From the NCBI GenBank assembly GCA_964441715.1, contig CAYTYL010000001.1:902-64901 (forward strand): a stretch of DNA of 64,000 bases, written 5' to 3'. The notes under the pieces were generated by a model that saw only the letters and a list, made by a program, of their open reading frames with translations, did no database searches and was not told the origin of the DNA. This DNA is from an uncultured Muribaculaceae bacterium (GTDB lineage: Bacteria > Bacteroidota > Bacteroidia > Bacteroidales > UBA932). The position numbers and the translations under genes were made by a program. This document shows, piece by piece, positions 8,426 through 18,087 of this stretch. Position 1 is the stretch's first letter. Each line of letters starts with the position of its first letter.

Positions 8426-8469
8426 TCATCTTTGTCCGGCTTCAGGCAGCCGGCAAGTTTCATTTATGT

Positions 8470-9438
8470 TTACAGTTCCCAGGCAAGGGCGGACGCTCCG
8501 AGTATGGCCGCATCCGATTCCTTGAGCTGAGAGAAGATAATCTGAACCTTGTTCTTCCAGATTTTCATCACGTTCTCGTTCATGGCCTTGAGCATGGGCT
8601 CGTACAGGAACTCCTTCGCCCTGGCGAGTCCTCCGAACAGGACAATCGCCTGCGGAGAGCTGAATTCTATGAAATCCGCGAACGATCTGCCGAGAATGCG
8701 TCCGGTGAAATCGAATATGCGGAGAGCCATCTCATCTCCCGCCTTGGCCGCTTCGTACACATCTTTGGAGCTGATGTTCGTCACCTTGCGGAGAAGCGAG
8801 GGCTCGTTCGAGGCCTCCAGCCACTCACGTGCCGTGCGCGCGACTCCCGTAGCCGAGCAGTAAGCTTCCAGACATCCCGTCTTGCCGCAGCCGCAGAGCC
8901 TGCCGTTGTAGCGTACCGCGCAGGTATGGCCAAGCTCGCCGGCAAATCCGTCATAGCCGTAGACTACCTGGCCGTTGATGACGATTCCGCTGCCTACGCC
9001 CGTGCCGAGGGTGATCATTATGAAATGCTTCATCCCCTTGGCGGCCCCGTAGGTCATCTCGCCCACGGCCGCCGCGTTGGCATCGTTGGTAAGCGAGACC
9101 GGTATGTCTCCTATTGCCGCAGAGAACTGTTTGGAGAAGTCCACCGAGCCATCGGCCGCCCACTCTATGTTAGGAGCATAGGAAATGGTGCCGTTGTAGT
9201 AGTTTCCGTTGGGAGCGCATACTCCCACGCCTCTAACCTGGCCTTCCTTGCCGCTTTTGGCGACGACATCCTTCACGGCAGCGGCGAGCGCGGCGATGTA
9301 CGCATCGGCGTCCTTGCCGTATGTGTCCGTACGTATGGCCGTCTGGATCAGAATTTTACCCTTGGCGTCCACCACGCCTATCTTGGAGGTCTGTCCTCCG
9401 ATGTCGATTCCGACGACATAATTCTTTTCAGCTTCCAT
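8470..9438 (-). CDS. ROK-family sugar kinase (glucokinase-like)
   Basis: The protein has an N-terminal GIDIGGQTSK ATP-binding motif and the ROK zinc motif (GHTCAV...CGCGKTGCLE). Confidence 0.85.
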   Translation of the reverse strand: MEAEKNYVVGIDIGGQTSKIGVVDAKGKILIQTAIRTDTYGKDADAYIAALAAAVKDVVAKSGKEGQVRGVGVCAPNGNYYNGTISYAPNIEWAADGSVDFSKQFSAAIGDIPVSLTNDANAAAVGEMTYGAAKGMKHFIMITLGTGVGSGIVINGQVVYGYDGFAGELGHTCAVRYNGRLCGCGKTGCLEAYCSATGVARTAREWLEASNEPSLLRKVTNISSKDVYEAAKAGDEMALRIFDFTGRILGRSFADFIEFSSPQAIVLFGGLARAKEFLYEPMLKAMNENVMKIWKNKVQIIFSQLKESDAAILGASALAWEL

Positions 9439-9444
9439 GACTTA

Positions 9445-10674
9445 TCATTTGTTTAAACCGACCTTGGAGCCTTTGACACAGAACCAGAGAAGGTATGCGT
9501 AGAAGATGAACAGGCAGAAAGAAGCGGCTATCACGCTCGTCTTGTCAACGATGGTGCCCAGGATAGGCATAAGGACGGCAGCTCCGATCACGCCGGTGTT
9601 GATGACGCCCGTGGCCGATTTGGTGTGGGGGCCGAGCTCCTGAAGTCCGAGATTGAAAATCAGAGGCCACATCACGGAATGGAAAAGTCCGGCGGCAATC
9701 ATGGCATAGATGCCCGCATAGCCCGGAAGGACGATGCTGAGGAGAATGCAGGCCGCACCGAGGCAGAGGCAGGAAGCGAGGAGCTTTCTAGGCTCGAACT
9801 TGGCGAGGATGCCCGCACCGATGAATCTGCCGACCATCATGCCGCCCCAGTAGAACGCAAGATAGCTTGTAGCGACGGAGGTGTAGTCCGAATCAGCTCC
9901 GAGCAGGTCGCGGAATTTGTAGGGAAGCATGGAGGGCACTCCGATTTCCACTCCCATGTACATGAAGATGCCGAGGGCGCCGAGCCACACGTGAGGGTAC
10001 TTGAATACGCTGCTCTTGTATTCGCGATGTATCCCGGCCTCTTCAGCCTGCTTGCCTTCGTCAATCTTCGGGAGCTTTATGGCTACCAGCAACAGGCAGA
10101 TGATGAGGGTGAAGATGCCGAGTCCGAGGAACGGTCCGGGAACTGCCGACGGCGTAGGGGCCTGTCCTCTGATGATCACGTAGGTTATGAAAAGAGGAGC
10201 AAGGGTGGTGGCCACGGAGTTGAGTGCCTGGCTGAGCGTCATGCGGAATGCGCCCTTCTCAGGAGAACCGAGGACCATCACATAGGGGTTGGTCACGTTC
10301 TGGAGCATGACCACTCCGCAGGCCACGAGGCACATGCAGCCGAGGAACACGGGATAGACCGCCGTGCCGGCCGCCACGGCAGCCTTGATGCCCAGGGAGT
10401 TGACAACGAATCCGAGTCCGGACACAGCCAGTCCGAGCAGAAGGGTGCCCTTGTAACCTATCTTGCTCATCATAAGAGCGAAGGGGATGCTGAGCAGATA
10501 GGCCCCGTAAAAGGCCGTGTTGACATACTGCCCCTGCTGGGCCGTGAGCCCGAAAGCTTTGGTGCAGAATGTAATCATAGAGTTGTTCATCGTAGTGATG
10601 AATCCTATCAGGAAACACACTATGAACAGAACGATAAGCGCGAACGTGTAGTTCGGTTTCTTGACTTGTTCCAT
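9445..10674 (-). CDS. MFS sugar transporter (glucose/galactose or fucose permease family)
   Basis: The protein has a 12-TM profile and an N-terminal pattern typical of FHS/GluP transporters. It sits in an operon with the ROK kinase. Confidence 0.75.
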   Translation of the reverse strand: MEQVKKPNYTFALIVLFIVCFLIGFITTMNNSMITFCTKAFGLTAQQGQYVNTAFYGAYLLSIPFALMMSKIGYKGTLLLGLAVSGLGFVVNSLGIKAAVAAGTAVYPVFLGCMCLVACGVVMLQNVTNPYVMVLGSPEKGAFRMTLSQALNSVATTLAPLFITYVIIRGQAPTPSAVPGPFLGLGIFTLIICLLLVAIKLPKIDEGKQAEEAGIHREYKSSVFKYPHVWLGALGIFMYMGVEIGVPSMLPYKFRDLLGADSDYTSVATSYLAFYWGGMMVGRFIGAGILAKFEPRKLLASCLCLGAACILLSIVLPGYAGIYAMIAAGLFHSVMWPLIFNLGLQELGPHTKSATGVINTGVIGAAVLMPILGTIVDKTSVIAASFCLFIFYAYLLWFCVKGSKVGLNK

Positions 10675-10686
10675 TTTGTTTATGTT

Positions 10687-11916
10687 TTATGAGTTAACAG
10701 ATTCTTTCATATCCTTGTCCACCATGGCACAGACGCACGAGTCGGACCATACATTTTCCGAAGTCTCTATCATGTCAAGTATGGTGTAGATGGGCAGAAT
10801 CACCCCCATTATCCCTATGGGAGCCCCGGTGCCCGAGACGAGAGAGAGGGTAAGAAAAAAACAGCCCATGGGCACGCCTGCGTTGCCGATGGCACATATC
10901 ACCGAAAGGACGACCCACAGCAGCATCAGCGGCAGAGTGAGCTCGATTCCTCCGTTCTGCATCACGAAAAGGGAGGTGACAAGCACGAATGCGGCGCAGC
11001 CGTTCATATTTATGGTAGTGCAGATAGGCAGCACGAAGCGCGACACTCTGCGGTCGACCCCGAGGCGGTTTTCAGCGGACTCGACGGTCACCGGCAACGT
11101 GGCCACGGAACTTTTGGTCAGCAGAGCCATAAGCACCGCCGGGGACATCGCGGAAAAAGTCTTCAGCGGATTGATGCCCTTGGCGAGCAGGAACAGAGGA
11201 AGCACCAGCACGAACTGCAGGATGTTTCCTCCGAGAATCACCGCGACGTATTTTCCGATGGAACTCAACACGAATCCTGCGCTGAATTCGGCTGTGAGCT
11301 GAGCTGAGAAGGCCATGATACCCACGGGAAGTATGAAGATGAGCCCCTTTATCAGCATGTAGAGGACCTGCTGCAATCCGGAAAAGCCCTTGACCACCAC
11401 CTGCTTTTCTTCGCTGTCCGGCAGTTTTGCCAGAGCGATGCCGATGGCGGCGGCAAGAAGCAGCACGGCCAGCACGTTCCCCTCGAGGAGCGGACGTATG
11501 ATGTTGTCCGGAATGACGGAGACCACGTGATCATAGTAGGTGGTCTCCCGCACTTCCGCCGGAAGCTTGTCCGATGAAGAGGCTATCACTTCCTGAGGAA
11601 CATTGCCGGGGGCGATGGCCATATAAAGGAGCATGCCTGCAAACGCCGCGGCGAAGGTGGTCAGCAGGGTATAGACAAGAGTCCTGCTGAAAATCTTTCC
11701 GCTCTCTTTCCTTCCTCCCAAAGAGGAAAGCGTGGTTATCACGGCGAGCGCTATGGTAGGCACGGCTATAAGCTGGAAAAGCCTGGTGAATACCGTGGCC
11801 ACAAAGTCTATCACCTCCTTCAGGCCTTCACTGCGTATGAAACCCAGCGCCACGCCGGCGGCAAGGGCCGCAAGCCACGCGATGAGTCTTCTTCTTTCTT
11901 CTTTTTTACTGTCCAT
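10687..11916 (-). CDS. Dicarboxylate/amino acid:cation symporter (DAACS family)
   Basis: The protein has conserved SSVATLPV and NMNG-type segments and a polytopic profile. Confidence 0.8.
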   Translation of the reverse strand: MDSKKEERRRLIAWLAALAAGVALGFIRSEGLKEVIDFVATVFTRLFQLIAVPTIALAVITTLSSLGGRKESGKIFSRTLVYTLLTTFAAAFAGMLLYMAIAPGNVPQEVIASSSDKLPAEVRETTYYDHVVSVIPDNIIRPLLEGNVLAVLLLAAAIGIALAKLPDSEEKQVVVKGFSGLQQVLYMLIKGLIFILPVGIMAFSAQLTAEFSAGFVLSSIGKYVAVILGGNILQFVLVLPLFLLAKGINPLKTFSAMSPAVLMALLTKSSVATLPVTVESAENRLGVDRRVSRFVLPICTTINMNGCAAFVLVTSLFVMQNGGIELTLPLMLLWVVLSVICAIGNAGVPMGCFFLTLSLVSGTGAPIGIMGVILPIYTILDMIETSENVWSDSCVCAMVDKDMKESVNS

Positions 11917-11946
11917 TGTCCGTTCGCATTACAACACCGCCGCAGT

Positions 11947-13146
11947 CTACAGGGAAGGTCCGGCGTAAAGTTTCAGAAGATCAGGAACCTTTTCCGCGGG
12001 AAGGACCTTGTAGCTGTAGGGGACGCTGACGACGCCCTTGTCCCGGGGAGTGAACGGTTCGCTGAAGTGATTGTCCCTGAAGGTGTATCCGTTGGCGTTA
12101 GGCTCCGCCCTGAATATGTTTTCCACTCCGGGCTCGAACCAGCAGCCTTCCATGAGTATTTCCGAGCCTATGCAGGCATATACCGCCTCGAAGTAGTTTC
12201 CGGGGCAGGCGTAAAGGTTGTTCAGGAGATGGACGGTGCCCCAACGGACAGCCGGCATTCTCACCTCACAGCCATCTCCCCAGATGCAGCAGGCATAGGT
12301 GACGTTGAGGTTGTCCACGCCCTGATCGGGATTTTCGCTGCTCGCTATGAGGTTGGTCGCCTTGTGGTCATAGGCCTTGTCCGTATACTGGAACTTGCAC
12401 CAGCTCACCGTTATGAAATCCGACCTGGAATTGATGTCGAAGTTTCCGTCAAGCCCGTCAGTGAAGCTGCAATGGTCCACCCATATATGCCTGCTACCGT
12501 CGGAGACGGTCAGAATGTCCGCTCCGCCCACGTCCACCGGGCCGGGACCGCGCAGGTCAAGATTCCGCAATATGATGTTCTCACAGCCGCTGAGCCCGAT
12601 GAGGCCGGCGTTCCTGTACGCTTCACTTTCATCGCCGGTGTAGTCTATTATGGCCTGACGGGTGTGCTGTTCCCTTTCTTCACGGACATATGCCCCGTTG
12701 GAAAGCGGCCCGCCGCCGCCCTGGTCCGACATGGATTTCACTCCGATGCTGTCCAGCAGAGCCCTCAAATCGGGAGTTACTTCGAAAACGGTGCTCACCA
12801 CGGCCCCGTTCCTGCCGACTATCGTCTTGTTTTTCAGCCCCTCGAACCGCATGAAACCCGACACGGGGAAAACCTTCTCCCCCGCTCCGTCAAGGATGAC
12901 CGTAGAGTAGGAGTTGACGGCATCCATGATTCTGTCCTTCATGTCACCGCCGTCGCTCTTCAGGACTATGGAGTCGCCCCGAGCCCCTCCGCAGACATCA
13001 TAGGCTTCCGCGCAGGTCATGGATATGCAGCCCGCCCAGCCGAACGGCCTGTCCGGCATGTGAGACAGGCTGTCTTTGCTTCCGGAGCACGAAACGGCCA
13101 CAGCTCCCGCGAGAAGCGTAACGGCCAGGTGTGAGAACAGTTTCAT
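11947..13146 (-). CDS. Pectate lyase (PL1-like) lipoprotein
   Basis: The core HIWVDHCSFTDGLDGNFDINSRSDFITVSWCKF matches the PL1 signature. The lipoprotein signal is MKLFSHLAVTLLAGAVAVSCSG. I chose the start at 13146. Confidence 0.75.
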   Translation of the reverse strand: MKLFSHLAVTLLAGAVAVSCSGSKDSLSHMPDRPFGWAGCISMTCAEAYDVCGGARGDSIVLKSDGGDMKDRIMDAVNSYSTVILDGAGEKVFPVSGFMRFEGLKNKTIVGRNGAVVSTVFEVTPDLRALLDSIGVKSMSDQGGGGPLSNGAYVREEREQHTRQAIIDYTGDESEAYRNAGLIGLSGCENIILRNLDLRGPGPVDVGGADILTVSDGSRHIWVDHCSFTDGLDGNFDINSRSDFITVSWCKFQYTDKAYDHKATNLIASSENPDQGVDNLNVTYACCIWGDGCEVRMPAVRWGTVHLLNNLYACPGNYFEAVYACIGSEILMEGCWFEPGVENIFRAEPNANGYTFRDNHFSEPFTPRDKGVVSVPYSYKVLPAEKVPDLLKLYAGPSL

Positions 13147-13171
13147 TACCGCAAGATACTGATTTATGGCT

Positions 13172-13621
13172 TTATGCAAGAATTTTTTTCACGATTGCGG
13201 AGATTTCCCTGCCGTCCGCCAGGCCTGCAAGTTTCTTGGTGGCGGCTCCCATGACCTTGCCCATGTCGGAAGGCGCTTTGGCGCCGACTTCAGCCACGAT
13301 GTCTCTGATCCTGCTTTCCAATTCTTCGGGAGACAGAGGTTTGGGGAGGTAAGTTTCGAGCACCTTAGCTTCTGCCAGCTCATTGTCCGCCAGCTCTTTG
13401 CGCCCGGCGGCATCATATTGTTCGGCCGACTCGTTCCGCTGCTTCACAAGTTTTTGGATGAGCTTCATTATGTCGCCGTCAGTCAGCTCTTTGCTGCCGC
13501 CTTCGGAAGTTTTGGCAAGGAGTATGGCCGACTTGACAGCCCTGACTGCGTTTAGCCGTACATGGTCATGGGCCTTCATGGCTTCCATGATGTCTTTTTG
13601 AATCTGTGTTTCCAGTGCCAT
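13172..13621 (-). CDS. GatB/YqeY domain-containing protein
   Basis: Size and sequence match the family (IMEAMKAHD, RLNAVRAVKSAI, ESAEQY...GR.ELA..E). Confidence 0.85.
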   Translation of the reverse strand: MALETQIQKDIMEAMKAHDHVRLNAVRAVKSAILLAKTSEGGSKELTDGDIMKLIQKLVKQRNESAEQYDAAGRKELADNELAEAKVLETYLPKPLSPEELESRIRDIVAEVGAKAPSDMGKVMGAATKKLAGLADGREISAIVKKILA

Positions 13622-13633
13622 ATCTCAAAAAAT

Positions 13634-14548
13634 TTATTGCTGTTTTTCGGCCCTCCTGAACAAATCCAGTATGAGGTCCGTGAATATTTTCGGTTTTTCC
13701 ATGTTGGACATGTGTCCGCAGTCGGGGATTACCGTCTCGCTGGCTTTCGGAAGATAGGGCAGCATTGAGCTTTTGGGTTTATGTTCGTACTCCCCCGACA
13801 GGATCAGCGCCGGTACGGCGGGCTTCCTGACCTTTATCGTGTCCCAGGCCTCGTAGGCGTAGTAGAGGCGCATCTCCCTGTTAAGCAATTGAAATCCGTC
13901 CCAGTCTTCGACCTGCGCGGTCAGGGACTGCCTGATGTTCTCCCTGTCGGTGCCGCCGCCGGATATGAGCTGCTCTATCCATTTCTTTTTCCATGCCTCC
14001 ACCCCTTCGGCCTTCACCGCGGCTATCTCGGCATCTTTTTTTGCAGTCTCCAGGCTGTCGAACGGCGTGGAGGGACCGGGCATGTTGCGTATGACCCCGG
14101 AGGAAAGCGTCACGGAAATCATCCTCTCCGGATGCATGGCCACCATGTCGCCCGCGACAAAGCCGCCCATGGAAAGCCCCACTATGTGTGCCTTGTCTAT
14201 GTGAAGAGAATCCATGACCGTGAGCATGTCGTCCATGTGGGTGAACTGCACTCCCGGCCGCTGCTTCGACGAGCGGCCGTATCCTCTCATCTCGGGGCGG
14301 ATGACTCTGTATCCGGCATCCACGAGGGGCTGCACCTGAGGGTCCCACATCCTCATGTCCAGAGTGTGGCCGTGCAGCAGGATAACGGGGAGGCCCTCTC
14401 CTACAGATTCGTAGTAGATCTGTCCGCCTTCACTTACCGGAATGTAACCGCTTTCGGTCACGGTGTTTTTTCCGCATGCGGCAACAAGCAGCATGACAGC
14501 TGCGGCCAGTCCGGTCCTTCCCATATAAAGTTGTTTAAGGGTTCTCAT
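13634..14548 (-). CDS. Alpha/beta hydrolase lipoprotein
   Basis: The protein has an HG motif (ILLHGHT), a nucleophile elbow (GLSMGG) and a lipobox (LLVAACG). Confidence 0.8.
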   Translation of the reverse strand: MRTLKQLYMGRTGLAAAVMLLVAACGKNTVTESGYIPVSEGGQIYYESVGEGLPVILLHGHTLDMRMWDPQVQPLVDAGYRVIRPEMRGYGRSSKQRPGVQFTHMDDMLTVMDSLHIDKAHIVGLSMGGFVAGDMVAMHPERMISVTLSSGVIRNMPGPSTPFDSLETAKKDAEIAAVKAEGVEAWKKKWIEQLISGGGTDRENIRQSLTAQVEDWDGFQLLNREMRLYYAYEAWDTIKVRKPAVPALILSGEYEHKPKSSMLPYLPKASETVIPDCGHMSNMEKPKIFTDLILDLFRRAEKQQ

Positions 14549-14654
14549 GTCAGATGTAAATTTAACAGCAGTTTTAAATAAAACAAACTGTCAATGGCTT
14601 ATTTTTATTATTTTTGCCGCCCCCGACACAAAAATGCTCCGTGGCGGCCTCTAT

Positions 14655-15524
14655 ATGAACGATATTGAAACACATATAATCGCCAAGGCCGATGAAATTC
14701 TTGGCACCGAGGGTACGGCAATCGTGTGCCGGCTTCTCGGAGGCAGAAGCAACTATACCTATGTGATCGAGTCCGGCGGAAGAAAATTCACATTCCGCGT
14801 GCCCGGAAAAAATGCAGGTCTGTTCGTGGACAGGAATGCCGAACTGCTCGCCCTGCGGGAAGTCAAGCCTCTGGGCCTGACGAACAATACGTTATGGTTC
14901 GATCTGGAAACGGGCGAAAAAATGGCGGAATATGTGGAAGGAACCATCCTTTCATCCGTCGATGCGACGGCCTACAGCTCCATGTGCGCCGCGGCTCTCA
15001 GGAAAATTCACGGAAGCGGCATGAAACTCAAGGACTATGACCCTTTCGGCCGGCTTGCCGCCTATGAAAAGCTGTGCACCGGATACGGGTTCGTACACCC
15101 GGCGGAGTATTTTTCCATAAAGTCGGAGGTGAAAAGGCTGTATGAGGCCATGCGCCCGGAAAGGCTTCTCCCATGCCACTGCGACTTCCAGCCTTCGAAT
15201 CTGGTGATGGGCACCGACAGGCTCTATGTGCTGGACTGGGAATATGCCGGCATGAACGATCCTTTCTACGACATTGCCTGCCACGGAGATGTCGGGGAAA
15301 GGGAGATGCGTGCGCTGCTCAAGGCCTATGTGGAGCATGAACCGAAAAAGGAGGAGCTCGACAGAATGTTCAATCTCCGCGCCTTCCAATGCCTGCAATG
15401 GTACAATGTCGCCTCCATAAAGGACAGAGTAGGCATGGGGGCGGAGCTTAAACTCGATTTTGCACAGATTGCGGCTTCCTATCTCGTGACTGCGGAAAAG
15501 ATCTCTTCGGACATAGTCCGCTGA
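14655..15524 (+). CDS. Choline/ethanolamine kinase-like phosphotransferase (APH fold)
   Basis: The protein has a Brenner motif (HCDFQPSNLV) and a choline-kinase motif (LDWEYAGMNDPFYDIA). I chose the start at ATG 14655. Confidence 0.7.
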   Translation: MNDIETHIIAKADEILGTEGTAIVCRLLGGRSNYTYVIESGGRKFTFRVPGKNAGLFVDRNAELLALREVKPLGLTNNTLWFDLETGEKMAEYVEGTILSSVDATAYSSMCAAALRKIHGSGMKLKDYDPFGRLAAYEKLCTGYGFVHPAEYFSIKSEVKRLYEAMRPERLLPCHCDFQPSNLVMGTDRLYVLDWEYAGMNDPFYDIACHGDVGEREMRALLKAYVEHEPKKEELDRMFNLRAFQCLQWYNVASIKDRVGMGAELKLDFAQIAASYLVTAEKISSDIVR

Positions 15525-15537
15525 CGCCCAGTCCGGC

Positions 15538-16902
15538 TCATCCCGCAAAAGGCTCGGTAAGAACGGCACGTTTCGCGCAGACCTGAAGCCATGCGCCGCG
15601 GGCCAGCAGATGGGCGAAATAGGCGAGCATCAGAAGGTGCATGGCCGTGACATCATAGACCTGCCCGTGGAAGGCCATGGAAACATACCACACCCCGAAG
15701 AACGCCACCACCGCGGCGACGGTCGAATTTCTCAGCGTCACGGCAGCTGTCGCACCGACATAGATGCCGTCCCATGTGAACGCAAAGCAGCCGATAAGCG
15801 GCATAGGCAGCAGCCAGATGAAGAATTTCCGGCAGCATTCCGCCACCTGGACATCGGAGGTCATCAGCCTTACGATCGGGTCGCCGCACACGAAATAGAT
15901 AAGCACGAAGAACAGTCCGAGTCCGAAACTCCACACGAAAGTCCACTTGACGGTCTCTCCGGTCTTCTCCTTGTCCTTCATGCCTATGTACTTGCCCGTG
16001 AGGGCCTCTCCCGCATAGGCGAATCCGTCGGTGAAATATGAGAACAGCATGAGCAGCTTCATCATTATGGAGCCTGTGGCGAGAAGGAGATCCCCGAACT
16101 TGGCGGAGATGACGGTAAATCCTACATAGACTATCACCAGACAGACGGAACGTATGAAAAGGTCTCCGCTGACAGACACATATCTGCGCAGATGCGCACC
16201 CTTGAGGGAACTGGGCAGAGACACTCCTGAAAAGACTTTACCATATTTAAATATGCAGATGCCCAAAGCATAGAGCAGGCCGGAATACTGGGCGGCCACG
16301 GTGCCCCAGGCTATGCCGGAAAAGCCCAGTCCTCCGAATCCGGCAGACGGAATCCCAAGGGAAAGAACTATGCTCGCCGCTATGTTCACCACATTGACAG
16401 TCAGGTCGGTGGCCATGGAACTGACCGTGTCCTGCATCCCTATGAACCACCCTTTGAAGGAGAACAGGCTCAAGGTGGCGGGCGCGGCCCAGATGCGGAT
16501 GAAGAAATAGCGCAATGCCAGTTCCTTCACTTCCGGAGAACAATCGACGACGAGGAATGCGAGTTTGACGAAAACCCATTGCAGGACAAGAATCGCGGCG
16601 GCTATCATCATGGCCAGCGATACTCCCCTGTAAAGGATGCGTGCGCTTTCTCCGCGGTCTCCACGTCCGTATGCCTGGGCCGTCATGCCTCCGGTGCCCA
16701 CCCTGAGAAATCCGAAATTCCAATACAGGAGGTCGAACAGCATCGTTCCTATGGAGATGCCTCCGATGAGGGTCGCGTTGGAGAAAGAACTTGCGAGATG
16801 TCCCGCCACTGCTATGTCCACCATGCCGACGAAGGGTACGGTGATGTTGGCGAGGATGCTCGGTCCGGCAAGCCGGAGTATGTCTCTGTTTATCTGTCTC
16901 AT
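15538..16902 (-). CDS. MATE-family efflux transporter
   Basis: The protein has a 12-TM profile and a MATE-typical N-terminus (ILRLAGPSILANITVPFVGMVD). Confidence 0.85.
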   Translation of the reverse strand: MRQINRDILRLAGPSILANITVPFVGMVDIAVAGHLASSFSNATLIGGISIGTMLFDLLYWNFGFLRVGTGGMTAQAYGRGDRGESARILYRGVSLAMMIAAAILVLQWVFVKLAFLVVDCSPEVKELALRYFFIRIWAAPATLSLFSFKGWFIGMQDTVSSMATDLTVNVVNIAASIVLSLGIPSAGFGGLGFSGIAWGTVAAQYSGLLYALGICIFKYGKVFSGVSLPSSLKGAHLRRYVSVSGDLFIRSVCLVIVYVGFTVISAKFGDLLLATGSIMMKLLMLFSYFTDGFAYAGEALTGKYIGMKDKEKTGETVKWTFVWSFGLGLFFVLIYFVCGDPIVRLMTSDVQVAECCRKFFIWLLPMPLIGCFAFTWDGIYVGATAAVTLRNSTVAAVVAFFGVWYVSMAFHGQVYDVTAMHLLMLAYFAHLLARGAWLQVCAKRAVLTEPFAG

Positions 16903-17867
16903 TATCTGAATTTTCCGTCCTCTTCAAGCATGCCGAGATAGGAATTGTAGCGTCGGGGGTCGATTTCCCCTCTGTCGACGGCCTCCTTTACTGCGCAGCC
17001 CGGTTCATGGGTATGGGTGCACGGAGAGAATCTGCAATCCTTGGAAACTCTGAACATCTCCGGGAAGTACAGGGAGATTTCCTCTTTATTCAGGGACACC
17101 AGGCCGAAGCCGCGGAGTCCCGGCGTGTCTATTATGTATGCTCCTCCGGAGGTCCTGTACATCTCGTAAAGAGACGTCGTGTGCCGGCCTTGCAGATGCG
17201 CCACGGATATTTTTCCTATTTTCGGCTCCAGGGAAGGGTCCAGGGCCTTTACAAGGCTGGATTTGCCGGTGCCCGATTCTCCGGAGAAAAGGCAGACTTT
17301 GCCGGAGCTCTCTTCCGCAAGTCTGTCTATCCCTACCCCTGTGACGGCTGATGTCTCCAGCACTTCATAGCCGGCGTTCCTGTACATCCGCACGAAATCG
17401 GCCACTTCTTCGGCGGCTTCAGTCCCGTAAAGGTCAATCTTGTTCAGCACGATTGTAACCGGCACTCCGTAAACCCCGCACATGACCAGAATCCTGTCCA
17501 GAAAAGGCAGCTTGATTTCGGGGAAGTACAGCGTGACCACGATGTAGGCCATGTCGATGTTGGCCGCTATAACATGGGACCGGCGGGAGAGATTCGCGGA
17601 CTTGCGGATGACGTAGTTTCTGCGGTCCAGTATTTCCGAGATGACGGCGGGGTTCAGGGTCGTCACCGCATCCGTGCCCTGTCCTTCCGGGACTTCCGCC
17701 GTCCACTCCACTCTGTCTCCCACGGCGACAGGGTTGGTGGAGGAGCTGCCGCTCATTCTTACTTTCCCTTTGAGGAGCGCCGGGAACGGCTTCCACGACG
17801 GCAGTTCCGACAGCATGTAGTGGCTGCCGGCATTTTTTATCACAGTGGCCGAACCTCTCAAAATCAT
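16902..17867 (-). CDS. rsgA: Ribosome small-subunit-dependent GTPase A
   Basis: The protein has a circularly permuted GTPase order (NKIDL, then GESGTGKSSL) and a C-terminal zinc motif (CRFSPCTHTHEPGC). The start at 17867 follows a -7 box. The stop overlaps the MATE start (TAATG). Confidence 0.85.
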   Translation of the reverse strand: MILRGSATVIKNAGSHYMLSELPSWKPFPALLKGKVRMSGSSSTNPVAVGDRVEWTAEVPEGQGTDAVTTLNPAVISEILDRRNYVIRKSANLSRRSHVIAANIDMAYIVVTLYFPEIKLPFLDRILVMCGVYGVPVTIVLNKIDLYGTEAAEEVADFVRMYRNAGYEVLETSAVTGVGIDRLAEESSGKVCLFSGESGTGKSSLVKALDPSLEPKIGKISVAHLQGRHTTSLYEMYRTSGGAYIIDTPGLRGFGLVSLNKEEISLYFPEMFRVSKDCRFSPCTHTHEPGCAVKEAVDRGEIDPRRYNSYLGMLEEDGKFR

Positions 17868-17884
17868 ATATTTGCCAAATGTCT

Positions 17885-17892
17885 GCAAATAT
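17885..17892 (-). promoter_or_regulatory. -7 box TATATTTG (minus strand) for rsgA
   Basis: The plus strand reads CAAATATA at 17885-17892, 18 nt upstream of the ATG at 17867. Confidence 0.4.
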
Positions 17893-18010
17893 AGTTCTAA
17901 AAAGCCGATTCCCGCACCGCATCCGTTCCCTTTTCCGGCAGGCTTCAAAAAAAAGAAAGATTTCCAAAAGCAACGGAAAGATATGTGAATCCCGTACAAG
18001 CGGTCATTTT

Positions 18011-18087
18011 TTGAAAAGTGTTATTTTACATTGTCATTTATTATTGAAAAGTGTAAATTTGGACACCTGAAATATATTGAAAAATGT
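18011..18087 (+). repeat. Three direct repeats TTGAAAAGTGT at exact 33-bp phasing in the promoter/start region of the AAA+ gene
   Basis: The copies lie at 18011-18021, 18044-18054 and 18077-18087, and the third has one mismatch. A TAAATTTG -7 box sits at 18054-18061. Confidence 0.7.

Noticed and set aside
11947-13146. I considered whether the pectate lyase, together with the nearby sugar transporter and kinase genes, forms a novel pectin locus.
   Set aside because: It is a single lyase with no other pectin-degradation genes. The neighbouring transporter and ROK kinase look like a generic hexose uptake operon, so there is not enough evidence.
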